From assembly GCA_964057225.1 (NCBI GenBank), contig OZ059900.1:5828001-5892000 (forward strand): a stretch of 64,000 bases of DNA, given 5' to 3'. The notes under the pieces are model-generated. The model was not told the origin of the DNA. It ran no database searches and saw nothing but the letters and a program-made list of their open reading frames with translations. Each line of letters begins with the position of its first letter. Position 1 is the first letter of the stretch. Positions 36,137-50,100 of the stretch are shown here, piece after piece. The DNA comes from Auanema rhodensis. Lineage: Eukaryota; Animalia; Nematoda. Made by a program: the position numbers and the translations under genes.

Positions 36137-38128
36137 ATGAAATATGCCGCATAAGCTCTATGACTTTTTTGTCATATTTATATTATCCATATCACGTGGT
36201 CCATGAATTCACTTGAACATTACTCAGAGTCTTCCCGGTTTATTCCACCTTACGCTAGTACTTTTAGATACTGTTTTCTAATTTACTTAATATTGTCTCA
36301 TATTGTTTATTTTTAATTAATCTATACATATATAAACGAAAGCAGTTACCATTGGATTTTTGAATCTTTTGAATTTTCTGCGTACTTCATGACATTTTAA
36401 ACGCACCGTTGTAGATTTTTTAAAAAATAAAACGTTATTCTCCTCTTCAAGAGAAGTTCTTGTGTTCCAAAAAACACTATTATTCATTATGTTTTCTTAA
36501 TTATAATATTCATCTCACAACTTTGTGATTCCAATAGTGCATCTGTTTTCGCTTTGTTTTATCGAATCGTAGAATGTGACAACTTTTTTTTTTCATTGTT
36601 TTTGGTTTCAACTAATACAATCATTGATAATAAAATTATGCAATTTTTAATACTGTTTCACGAAGATAGAACATATTAGCTCAAATGACAGATAAGGGCT
36701 ATATATTTGAGTCTGACAACATATATTCTGATTGGTTGTTATTCTATAACTGGAGCATGTTAAGGTCTTCAATATGATCTCATAGGGATTCGATTCAATA
36801 ATTTTGGCCTATTCCGGATATAGAAGCTTATTCCACACATAAACCATGCTAATCCATTCAAACTCTAATTATTGTGTCAGGTGGTATAATTTTTAAAACT
36901 TCATCATGCGGTAGATGAAGTAATACTGAATTTATCGACAAAAAAAAAGAAACATTTGATGTATTTTTTCTCAATAGAGTTAATATTGAGATACATTGAT
37001 TTTCAATAATTTTTATATGCTTTTTTCACTCCATAAAGAACAAATATTAATTTTATTAATTTTTTACCTGATTATTAGAATGTTCATTCAAGCTCTATAA
37101 TTATCGGCAACTTTAAGCAATAATCTGGCATAATCTACTTCATGATCCATTAGTATATTAGAGTCTCTACATCCATTTATGCCCGGAAGTTATTTGGCTG
37201 GATAACGCAGATATAACAGATATAACAGGATGTTCAGAAAATCTGCAGACATTTGAAGAAAAATATAATAAATCATGAATTAAAGCTATATCACTTGCGG
37301 CTGTCTATCGTCTCCTTTCCTCAAATCGCAACTTGCTATACTTGTACTCGCACTCATCAGAAAGTACACCATATTTATAATCAATTGAATCAATGTTACA
37401 TATTCTCATAATGGCAATATTTTACGTATATTATAGAATATTCTTAATTCAATATTCACATATATCTAATAAATATTGTTCAGTACATAACACATAATTT
37501 GTGGACTATTTCCCCTTTTTTTACTTCACAATTACTATACTTTCTTCATATACCTTTTATTCTTACATATATGCTCATGTCTTCTCTCTTATCTCCTAAT
37601 TATTGTCAATCCGTTCCAATTATGGCTTCATTTGATTCTAGGTTTCATTGCTACCCACATTCAGAACCACCTTCTACTGTTTGTCTTTCAACCTTTTCTT
37701 GTAAGATCATTTTATACACATATCTATGTTTATTTTTTCAATCTTTTCAATATATTTACTCATATTATTTCAAAAAAACAATTATCTCTTTTTATGATCA
37801 ATGCCTTGTTTTCAAATTATACTAATCTGTTTATTTGGTTGATTACTATAACCTTACGTTTAGATGAATGCTAATCTTTTAACCATTGTTCTGAACATTT
37901 TCTATCAAAATCTATTATTCAGGAAACATAGTAATTTTTCTTGAAATGCATTCAGTTTTTTATATCTTTCAAATTGACATGAATTTAAACGTAATACATA
38001 CTGTTCTTTGCAGATATAGTAGACGAATTATATGCATGTATAAATATTTATTTATATGTATATCTATATGTATGTATATATATAAATATATATTATGATA
38101 AATAGTTGTATAATAGTTTTTGGAAAAT

Positions 38129-41100
38129 ATGCCGAACAGTCGTGACTTATCATTGGAAAAACGTGGCGATAAGTTTGTTTTTCATTATATTACTTCTACA
38201 GAAATTTGTCGATTAGAATAGAAGAGCAACTCTGTTTTCTTTATTATCTTTTAAAAAAATCATATGAGAGTTGAGATATCACAGAGAGATGAGATAGCAC
38301 AGAGAAAAATTTTGAAAAAAAAACCAATTATTTTAAAAGCTTCACTTATGCAATAAATGATAATATTAATGGAAATTTATTAAGGCAGCATTATACGAGT
38401 TTTGACGGATCACCTCGAACAGATCAATCGTCATCAGCTAAAAGATTGCGTCAACGACTTGTTCATCAACAAAGCGGCCAATCGAGTTAGTTTATCTTTT
38501 CAAACCTTACAATTCAATTATTTTGTTTTTTTTTTGCAAGACATAAAACATCAAAGAAGAACAGCGCTTAGTTTTTTTTTATTTTTTGAAATTTTTTGTA
38601 TTCGCTTCAAATTTCTGAAAGTTCGATAGCATTAATAGATTGCACTTATAGTCAAAGTGATTTGGCCAGGCATCTACAGCTATATATAACTCAAATATTA
38701 CGGAAATGAGCATATATCCAATTTCCAATAATTATTCTATCACGATAGTTTTTGATTTTATCATTTTATGAGAACTAATTGTATTTAGTAATCGGTCTAT
38801 TTGGTCGTCGACATACAGGGGAGAGTAGTGAATATTCATCTTTAGTGGGAACACCAACTGAACACGTAAAATCATTTACGTCAGCTGGCAGTTATTCTGG
38901 CCGTGCCGGAGTAAGGTAAGTGTATATGTAATTGATTAATAGAAGTTGTGGCATAAAAAATAAAAAGAAAAAAAAAGAAGATGAGAAGTATTAATACTTA
39001 TTATGAAGATATGATATATGATTAATCAGAGACATCTGTTTCATTATTAAAGAATATAATAACCAACTTGCTTCCAAATGAAACATTAAGAGGAATAGAA
39101 GGAAATCCTAAAAATTTGATATATAAAGGAGAAAGAATAATAAATCTGGAGCTGCTTGATTTTTGGATACTGCTCTGAACATGTTGTTCATGGCAAAAAT
39201 AAAAACAAAAGATAGCTTTACTATATCCAGATAAAGCAAAATATTTATTATTGCCGTTTTTCTTTTACTTGTACAGCCATATACTATGTGTATTTTACAT
39301 TTTTTTTTCTGAAATGGCTTATTTCAACATTTTATTTGAGAAATCTTGAAGTTTCTCTATCATCTTGGCAGGTTTAATTATATTTTTTGTGAGATTAAAT
39401 TGAAGTTTGCCATTAGTACAGATACTTATGGCTTCTTTGTTTCAGAGATGACTGGAAAAATTCAATGACGCAAACTAATATCTGCGAATTATTACTAGAG
39501 GTATATTCAGCATGTTCAAATCCTATTGTTCAGCAGATCACCAATACATACTTACCTATACACATTCATACGCCCATTCACATATTTCCTGCACCGGATG
39601 TTAATAACGTTATTCTTGATTAAAAGCTAATATATTCTACTATCACTGACTATCAATTGCATTTAACCTATGTTTACGGACACCTGGTTTTATTGCACCA
39701 TCCTTCAGGCAATTCACTATGAAGATTTTGGACTGGTCGAGCGCCTTATGTCGGCGCACCAAAATAAATCGGTTATGTCGAATTCACCATCCTTAGGTTG
39801 GTTACTTGTTTTTATTTACACTGACGTTTTTGAAAGTATGTATAAACTTTTCAAATAGGCAGCACAAACACTATAACTGATCTTGCTCAACGACGCCATG
39901 GAGCTTCCAATCAAAGGCGTTCTACTACCAGTACAATGGCTACCTCACATTCAAGTGTTAGGTAAAGTTGAAACATTTATTTTTTGATATTCTTTCTATA
40001 TTCTGGTTCTATTTATTCTATTTAGAGTAGCATGTTCTATAATGAATCCGCTGCATTTGGCGATAGCACATAAGCAACGAGAAATTGTAGAAATATTACT
40101 TCGTAATGAGTATGATCCGAATAGTGTTGCATCATGTAACTGTAAAGGCGCTTGCTCAACAGCTGAAAATAGTCCATTACAATCTTTGCTGATAAGGTAA
40201 TAAGCTGATTTTTATCACAGTTTTGCAACTTTTATGTTACTTTTTTTTTCTTTAAGTTCACGGCAACACTCTATAACACCCGAACTATGCTCAATATGTT
40301 CACAACTACGTGTAAATTCGATATTAGACCAAACGCCACTTGGAGTGGCTGTACGAGCGCAAAGCAGTGAACTAATCTCTTTGCTGATTGCTTATGGTGC
40401 CGATGTTAATCTAGGTATTCATCTAAAAGATAGAAGCTAATATCCAAAATCTTGAAAAAGAAAGCTAATAACTAAACTGTCACATTGTCTAAAACATGTT
40501 ATATGATATAATATATTTTAATATATATTATATATACTATATACATAGGTATGAATATATATATTTGTATATAAAGATATTGGACTAAAAAAAGAAAAAG
40601 TTCATATCTTTGGATTAGCTATCAGATATCTGAAAGCAATCTCTTAGAAGATTAGAGCGATTGTTTTCAACGCAATATCTGTTTGCAATCCTTTCTTGCT
40701 TTTATGCTAATCTTTTAATCTTATCTTACTGGTCAGCTCAAATATTCGGATCGGAAACAAAAGCTATTAAACTTTTATCATAAATTCATAATATCATATG
40801 TATATCGATTTATAATTTTGAAGGCGATGATGATGGAAATACACCACTTATAATTGCTGTACGTGATTCACCTTTATCATGGCCATGTCTCCATTCACTC
40901 ATATTTTTTGGAGCTCAGTAATCATAAGCAGTCAGAAAGCTGTCAACACCATTTATTTTTTAGAGTAGAACAAAAGAACATGCGCGGCATCTGCCCTTTA
41001 GATTTAGCTCCTGAATTGAAGAAGTTACAACAATCATGTGTAGAAGAACTGTTCCGTTTTGCTTGCGGTGCCGAATCAACAGCATCTCATACGCCTCAAA

Positions 41101-44100
41101 TGGCGTTTCACAAACATTGGCATCGATCGCAGGGTGATAATGGTCAGTTTGTTTTGTGAGCATATCACTTGTTATAAGACATGCTCATCAAATTCTGAGC
41201 TTTGTAGTTTCTGCTCAATCGGATAAAGCATCCGGAAAAGTGCCTCTTTCTCCTAAGCCTTCAGCAGCGCCTAGCATATCGACATCCAGCATATTGGACA
41301 CAATGTCTGCACGTGAAAATGCCAGAAGAAAATCGTTGATATCTTTGACGTTATATAATACAAAATCACGCGTTATACGAGATAGTAAGCTATAAACAAG
41401 TTGATATTATAATCAATATTCGTCAATGTTAGATCCTTCAATTGACAATATCAGTTGGGACCAAGCCTGGGAGTTGCTTAGAAAAATGGCTCATAATCCA
41501 GAATGTCTTTCAAATATAGCTGTAAGCAAAATAATTACATGTATTACTAACTGATAATTACTCTATACAGAGTACATTACTTAAACAGCTGCCTACATTA
41601 GATAGTTCACCTATTATTGCTGACAAGGAGCTGTTTGACTCTCATCTTAGTGGATTATTGCATCGTCTAGTTGTGGTATTCAAGTTTTACCAGACGAACT
41701 TTTAAAAATTACAAATTTAGACTGCAATGAATGAATATCAAGAGTTAACAAGTACATTGAAAAAGACTAAAAAATCTCAGCTTATTTGGCTTCTCAGTCA
41801 ACTGACTAGTGTATGTTATGCATTAATTGAGAAACATGGCGCAAATCGTCAATTTTCGGCATTAAATACTTTAAATAAGGTTAGTCAATGTTGTTTTATT
41901 TCAATTATTAACTTAACTTCACAGATTATTGATATTGGTCTCGTTCATGATTTGTATTCATTCAATGATCTCTTCTTTTTCTCATCTAAATTGCTCAATC
42001 GATCTCACGTTTTTGATAATGAAGACACGTTCGGTGATTATTTTTCTTTTTATCAAATTATTTTTCATAATATTCAGCTGAATCAACTACACCTGAAACA
42101 AACGAGAGTTCTCAAATGGAACATACTTATTTTTATGGAAATGTTTTCAAGTAATAAATTAAAATTCCTCATATTCATACTGATATTCTTATAGCTTTTA
42201 TTTTCGAAATCCTTCACTGTCATCGTCTCCTCCAACTTCTCCAATGCGACAAAAGTTTGATTTACAACAAGCATTTTCTGAAATGGAACCAAGACAAAGT
42301 ATTAAATTATTTTCATCATTCAAATATATAATTACCGTTTGTTTTTTTCAGTTATACAAACACTTCAAAATTCTATTACAATGCAAAATAGAGATCTTAC
42401 AACCCGACTAGTCTGTTCACCTGCACATCGGTGGCGTCAATGCTGCAATCATTGCTCTCAGATACTGTGTGCACGTCTATTATTATTCTTAACTCATTTC
42501 AAGTATTATAAATTACTACCATCTTATGTTTACTTCTTCGTTTACAGAAACTTTCGACAAAATCTATCTGATAGAGGCGAATTGAAAAATTTTATCAGTT
42601 TATTAGATCCTACATTAGAACCAGTCGGTTAACTTATACAGATTAGTATAATCATCTACTTATTTCAGCAATTATTATGCCTTCTACTGCAAAGTCTAGC
42701 AATTGTTTCATTGGATTTATCAACACACCCTCAACTTATTCATGACCAGGTTGATGACGTTTTAATTCAAATGCTGCTACCAGCTGACGATTGGTATGTT
42801 GATTTGCATTACAAACACTAACTACAAGAAATTCAAAGCATTGATTTTACCATACTATTTTCATTTAATTATTATTTCAAATTTAATTTGGAATTATTTG
42901 TATTTCTAGGTATTATACTAATCAAAGTACTAAATATGGTATTTTTGTGAAACAACATGCTGCACGGATACTTATATACATGGGATTAGGAGATCGAGTT
43001 GGGAATCGAGTTAATTTATTCTCATCATCAGGTACATTGTAATAATTCTAATAATATCAATTATGATGTTGAAGATTTCCCTAATAATCCTATAGCTCGA
43101 GCTGGCCAAACAAATCCAAATGAAGATGATTATATATGTGAAACATGTTCTACACCTCGTGATATGACTAGTTTTTCAAAATCATCCATATCAGTGGAAG
43201 GTATTGTAATCAAGATGATAAATGAAGTTGCTGAGGTATACTTTTAATATGATCTTGTTGTATGATATCCTTTGTTCAGTTTATTAAGCAAAACAGCAAT
43301 TTTCTTGCCGTAAACGAACCAATAACTGAAGAATCACCCAGTACCACTTGTCCACCATCAACGATTCCGGGAGAAAAGGTATTATTTGAAGTTTTAAACA
43401 TGTCGTACAATTATTATTTTTTCAGGGAGGTGATCGAATCAATACTGACAATGTTCACACTACTATGGAAATCAAACCACAAACTATAGACCTGTTGCCC
43501 TATGAGCCAGTTCAACGAATTGTTATTGACAGTGATTATGAAAAACAACTAATCAATATCGCTAATACACTACGTTTACATGGCCAACCGGAAAACCAAA
43601 ATACTAATGTAGTTAATGAAAAAAAAGTAGACGAACTGAGGCCGAATGATAAAGCTGTGCCAGATCCAGTTGTAATTACGACAACACTTCCTTGCATACC
43701 TTTGATTGATCATATTGATGACGATTGTGATGACATTGAAAACTTATACGGTGATAATGTTCCGGCAACAGCGCAGCTACTTCATTCAATGGAAGCACTC
43801 AATAATCATTTGATTAAATTGGGTATGGTATTAGATTCTGTTCTTCTTTTGAGGATACTTTTGCATAAGTTAACATGGGATTTAGGTAATTATATATTTT
43901 TTTAGATCGTTTTCATAATCTGCTTTAGGTTTGGTTACAAAAAACAATAAAGTTAATAAGGAGCCTCACAAAGCTGTAAATGATTTGCGTGCTCATTCAA
44001 GTTGTAGTTTAGGTGGAAATACTAGGTATATCTTGTTATAAAATTTTCATTGCATCATAATTGTTTTTGCAGATACTTTGGTAAATCAAAATCATTTGAT

Positions 44101-47100
44101 CGCCGTGAAATTGATAATAAGCACGACAAAAACTTCTTACGTGTATCACGAGGCTCACGTGCTTCTCGTCGAACTTTAGATATGCGTCGTTCTAGGTGAG
44201 TCTATTAAAGTTAATTAATTAGTAATATATGTTGTTGAAGCTCGGTTGAAATAATTCGCTCAAAGCGATTAAGCTCTGGTGCCAAAGAAGCCAAAATGAG
44301 GGAAAGAAGAAAACGGTTAGGAACTGATGCTAGCAGTGGATCAGGATCAAAGAAAACAACATCATCTTCAAATAGTAGAAAACATCTGCCAAAGTATATT
44401 CAGTCACTCTTTCGTGGACGTATGGGCACAGATCCATGCAAGCGAACTTCTCGAAGTAGCACTAATTATCTATCACTTCCACAAAGTATGAACACAATTT
44501 TTTCAGGAGATTCTGATTCTACGGGCAGTGAAAACAGCGTTCAAGAGTTCACACGTAAACTGCAAAACTATCCGTTAACTAGAAGAGAAGCGGAACAATT
44601 AGCTCGAGCTCAAGCACAACAAGAAATTGATAAAGACAAAGTAGGATATACTTATGTACCGGAACTTGAAGTTCAAGCTGCATCACCCCCAAGGTTAAAA
44701 TTATTTATGGCAATAGACTTTTTTCAAAAACATCTTTTAGATCACCGGCAATATTACTAGAAGAAGTTCGTACTTATCTTGGAGAAAACTGCCGAGCAAA
44801 TAGTCCCCAAACACTCCCCGGATTACCATTGGTTTGATTTCACTATATTGAATATGACAACATACGTTTAAGATTGAAATTCGTCGTGCTTCCGCAATGT
44901 CTCAATTCGAATTCGGATATTTTGTTAATCCACCTGAATTAACTGGAGCAAATGAGGTTAAACCAAGTCAAAATCAAATTTTTCAATCACATTTAATATA
45001 GGTTTCTGATTGTGCCCCCTTACTGCAAACTCGAGGGCAATGTGGAAGTAGAAAAAGCTCTGATGGTGAATTTTTAGCTTTAACAATTTTCAAAAAAATA
45101 TTTTAAGAAACTTCTATCGGTGGATGGTCATCAAGAGCGTCTTCTGTAATGTCTCATCGTTCATCACGATCGAGTGTGGGCATTCGGTTATCGACGTATT
45201 CGGGAGGTGATGATGTAGAAACGTTTGAAAATAATTAAAAAAGTTTTTTTTTAGGAACAAGTATAACATCTGATAACTCTGGACCTTTCTTATTTAGCTT
45301 TGCTGTCAGAAAACGCGCTTCAACTATCGGAACACGGTGCCCGATTCCACGACGAGCATTTTCAAGATGTTCTGGTGACAGCCTCCGTGTGCCAGATCGT
45401 GAAGTACTCGAAATAACTTTAACAAATAATTTATATAATCATTTTATAGAGTCCATTACATTTGCTTCCTACTTTTGAAATGTCTCCAGATTTTCATTGT
45501 GTTAGACATTTAATATTGAATTTACTTAATAACTATACAAGAACGTGAGTTATCCTATATTACAACTTAAAAGGTACAATTGAATTACAGCAATATTAAT
45601 GTAATTGCTACAATGAAAGAATGTGCTGATATACTGCGAACTATACTCAATTCGCCTCAACACCCAACTGTGAAACAATGGTAAATAAAATTCCTGACAA
45701 TCTTCTAACATCACCTATTAGGTGTGCTGAAATTATTCATATTGTTGCTGCTCATCTTGTTAATGAAGAGGAAGCTGATGTTGAAACAATAGAACAGATA
45801 AACGACAAGTATTTTGAGGTAATTTTTCACAATGTCCTTTCTCAAATAACCTGAAAACTATGAAAAATTACAAAAATGTATTTTGTTTTCAATAAAAAAA
45901 AAGTTATAACATGACTATGTTATTCTATTTCGTTTATATTATTTCTCTCGTCTTTTTCTAATCACATTTTGGAATTTTGAGTCAAGCATTCTTGAACGTT
46001 TTATTGAAACATAATCGTAAAGTTCTATGATAGCTGCGTTGTATTGGTTAAGGTTGAACAAATGTCATGGAAAAAATTGCTTTCAACAACCAAATACTGT
46101 TGACAGATAATTCATTTCTTGATCAAAGACATGAAATTTTACTGCATACTCAAACCATATGTTATGTAATCATTTTATCGTTTATACTAGACAGCATTTT
46201 GATTTTGGATGCAACGACATGACGAAAAAAGAAAGAAAGAACGAAAAATGGTATATGATCTACAATCAATCAATGTAAACATATTCCTTGATTGTGCTGA
46301 CTACCCGTCATACGCAATCGCCTCATCATGCTCATCGATTAATATTCATCTCAATAGATTTTGTATTCGAACTATAATTCGATTTCACATTTTGAACAAT
46401 CATTTTTTTCATATTGAACTTTAACTAGCCTTTTCTAATATATTCGAGCGCTATTGACCTCTCATTAATTTAAACAGTAGCAATAGCCCATGACAGAACG
46501 ACCACGTCTTTATCAACGAGCCACTAATAATCGAAAACATTTGCATCGCCAAAATCCTTGTACTACACGTCGTATTAATCCTAATTTTCAATTATTACAC
46601 TTATCAGCAGACGATGAAATAATTCATGATTTGCTAACCCAGTTGCCACAACATTCTGGGAATGAAATTATATCGTATACTCCTGAAACTGATAGACCAA
46701 GTGATAAAAAAGATTCCGCATACTTCATGGATTGTGGATGTCTTTCATTTATCTGGTCGTTTTTGAAAAAAACATTTAATAGTCCAGAAAATGATTATCT
46801 TCATCAAAATAGGAGCACATACTCAATAGACTATTCGATGATGCCATCATTCCTGGCTGTCAATCGCAAACGGAATCGTTCCGTCTGGCCTATTTATAAA
46901 ATTTCAATTCCTGAATTTGAAAACAAAGAAGTAGCAGAAATATCAGCAAAACAATTGAATGACATATCCAACATTATGGAACCACTTTGGAGAGATGAAT
47001 GTTCTCTTGAAGCTTTTCATAGATACTGCAATCAAGAGGTTTCTTATTTTTAAATCTAAAATCAAAATACATATATGATCAGACTATATTCACTAAATGT

Positions 47101-50100
47101 ACATTTTTGCACGAATGTTATACATTTCAGCTGCAAGAGCAAGTTGTTTCGGGCTCATTACCGTGTCAGAAGGATGAAGCAACATATTTGGCAGCAATCC
47201 AGCTGTGTATCGAAGAGCAATGGCCAACCAACAAACAGCAAGCTGCACTACGACGTAATATGGGGCACGGTCAGATAGGTAAAAACATTTTATTTATAAG
47301 AAAAGCAATTAAATTAAATCGGAGTTACAGTAAATGAAAATTTTAATTTATTCAATTAATTTTCTAAATATTGACAATTTAGTACGAGTCAAAGACATGG
47401 CAGAGCATGTTACTCTAGCACCATGGTCAGAAGCAACTAATGAAACTCGAGGCCCTGCCCTTTCCAATACTGGCCTTCCACGCTTATCTGCAACCGAACG
47501 AGCAGCTGTTGCTGCAGCAACGGCTGTACCACCACTCTCTGATGCTTCTGCAGCAGTACTGGCAAAAAGTTCACCATTAACTAGACGAAGTCAACCAACG
47601 ACTGCCCCAACAGAAGAAGTGCGGCGAGAACCTCGTAGTAGAACGCGCAATACTTCGATGCTCCGGTGTTTATCAGCTCCTGATAGCCTACTTTCCTTAG
47701 AGGTACAGTGTTAAAAAAATGAAAGTATGATCATAGATTGATTTCTTAAGATTCAAAATCAGTGTTTACCCCCATCTTTACGAGGAGATCGAAGAGCTGT
47801 GAAGCAAGTTAAAGTAAAATTAATGAAATATCATCTGAGCTATATAAATAAATTTTATTATAGAACAGAAAACGGAAATTATTTCACAGCCAAGTCTATG
47901 ATAGTGAAATTCAAATAAAAAAATTATATATACAGGTTTAAATAATTTTTTTGAAAAGTAATTAATTTGTCATATATTAGACCATCAAACGATTAGCAGC
48001 ATTCGGCTGTCGAGTGTTTCAAGTTAAAGAACTAGTGCATGGAAGCACATTGCGGAAGGTAATCCAAACTTTTTCAATTTTTTTTCATTTGGTGTTTAGC
48101 TATTTTACTGTTTTTTTTTATTTTTTTGCCTATTTGTTTGGTTGTTTTGTTAAAATTGTGAAAGTAATTGTGATGTGAAGATGTGATCTCATTGTATTGA
48201 CCATTGGTAAATATATCATGTTTCTAATCAATGATCTATCCGAAACTTTTCAATTTTAGAAATTCCAGACAGTACGTCTATTGTGTGTATCTACCGAATC
48301 GCTTAGTCTAATTGACGGCTCTTCCAAATTGGTCCTTCGTCGCCAGCCCGCTTCTACTCTTCAACAATGGCGTGTTGGCGGAGGAGTTAATAAGCATCAA
48401 CTTCTATTGGAATTTCGAGGAACGAAATGGCAATTGATTGGTTGGTTCATTATCTTTACATATACATAACAACATACAATGATAGTAATGATTAATATTC
48501 TGATTAAAAGGACATTTTTTGAAATGGAAAGTTATCAAGTTTTGAAAACTTCACATGATAGCCATCTGCATGCTTCGCTCAGATGGCAGAAAAAGATAAA
48601 AACAAGTGCTTGGCTAATGTTTTGTAATGAAAACTTGAATAAGCAAAAAACAGTAACTCTCACTTCAACTAATTTCTCTGGTTATTTTTATATTTTCAAG
48701 AACATTTCGCTCTAAGTTCTGAGCATTGATTTTAATTTTCTTTTCCTCTTTAAATTAAGCCTTCTATTCTCAATCAAAATAAAAAATTGAATACTTTATA
48801 TGGCATATGTCATCAAAAAAATGCCAATTTGTGCCTAAGTACTTTCATTATCTTTGATGGATAACTTTTCAGTTTTCAAAGGCCTTCCAAATTGTTAACT
48901 GAATCAAAAGTTAAATTTAAAGAATTAATTTAATTTTATGAATAGAAGAAAATAGTGAAAACATGATGTCCGTTGAAATAAAACAGATTTTTCAATTTAA
49001 TCTTTGTTTTTGAACTTGTGCTCTAACAAAAGAATTATTTTTTCAAGAGAAAACAATCCTGCTGCTCTTTTACGGATTAAAAGAAAAACTGTTCTATGTT
49101 TTAACATATAGGTTATTCTATTGATATAATATGATTTGAACATATGAATCATGTGTTTAGTATCAAAATGATAAAAACCATTGAAAAATCATGAATATCA
49201 TTACTTAGTATATACGTAGGTGTCCTCGAATCAATCGGATAAAACAATAATTTTGGCTATCGCCGACTATTTATTGATATATTTAATAATCATTTTCATG
49301 AATACTGATCAATAATCTAAATAATTCTATCTATTAAAATGTTATGATTGATATTTCAGCTCCAACAGCAAGTGCTCTGAATGCGATCGCTATGAGTTTA
49401 TGGGAAATTATGCAGCATGCAAACTGTGAACAGATACAACGTAATTTGCGTAACATGATGCTACCGAATTCAGTTGACAAGAAATTACGTGAGTAGATGT
49501 AGTAGTTCGGTCAGCTTCACATCGATTCAGCTATTTTTTCTTCAAATTTTTTTCTTTTATTCACATATCTCTTAAGTTATTCCATGAATCCTTCTTATTT
49601 TTTATTGAACTTTGTTCAATTCAGTCATTTCAAAGTACGGTAAATTCAGAATTTATTTTCAAAGAAATTACTCTGTAATTAAAAAATCCTAAAACGTTCT
49701 TCAAAGATTAAATTTATGAGCTTGTGCTGACACTTCAATTCAAGAAAAAGGCTTCTTGAATTACTGAGCTCTTTTAATATCTAGTTCAATTACTTTTAAA
49801 GAACTTTTCTATTACTCCAGAAAAAATGTGCCATTGCCAGTCGCTTTTGCTTCATTGCCATTCAATTCAGTTACTTCTAGCTAGTTATGGAAGACTGCAT
49901 ATCCCATATTTAAGCATCTTGACAGCTCGGAGAAAAAAGCTAAATAATCATCTCTCAAGTTCATTTTTATATCTGCGTATGGGAGTTTGAACATCATCTT
50001 CTCATTGCACTTGCTCATGTGAATTTTTTAGTTGAAGTTTAGGCTTTTTTTCATATATCTGCTCATTTTCTTGTTCCCATATTGCTGCTGTGAAATTATA

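Noticed and set aside
4029-37140. In-frame TGA where Trp would fit in several frames (possible UGA recoding)
   Set aside because: Conserved genes use TGG for Trp and TGA also ends intact genes; true stops or TGG>TGA decay explain it.
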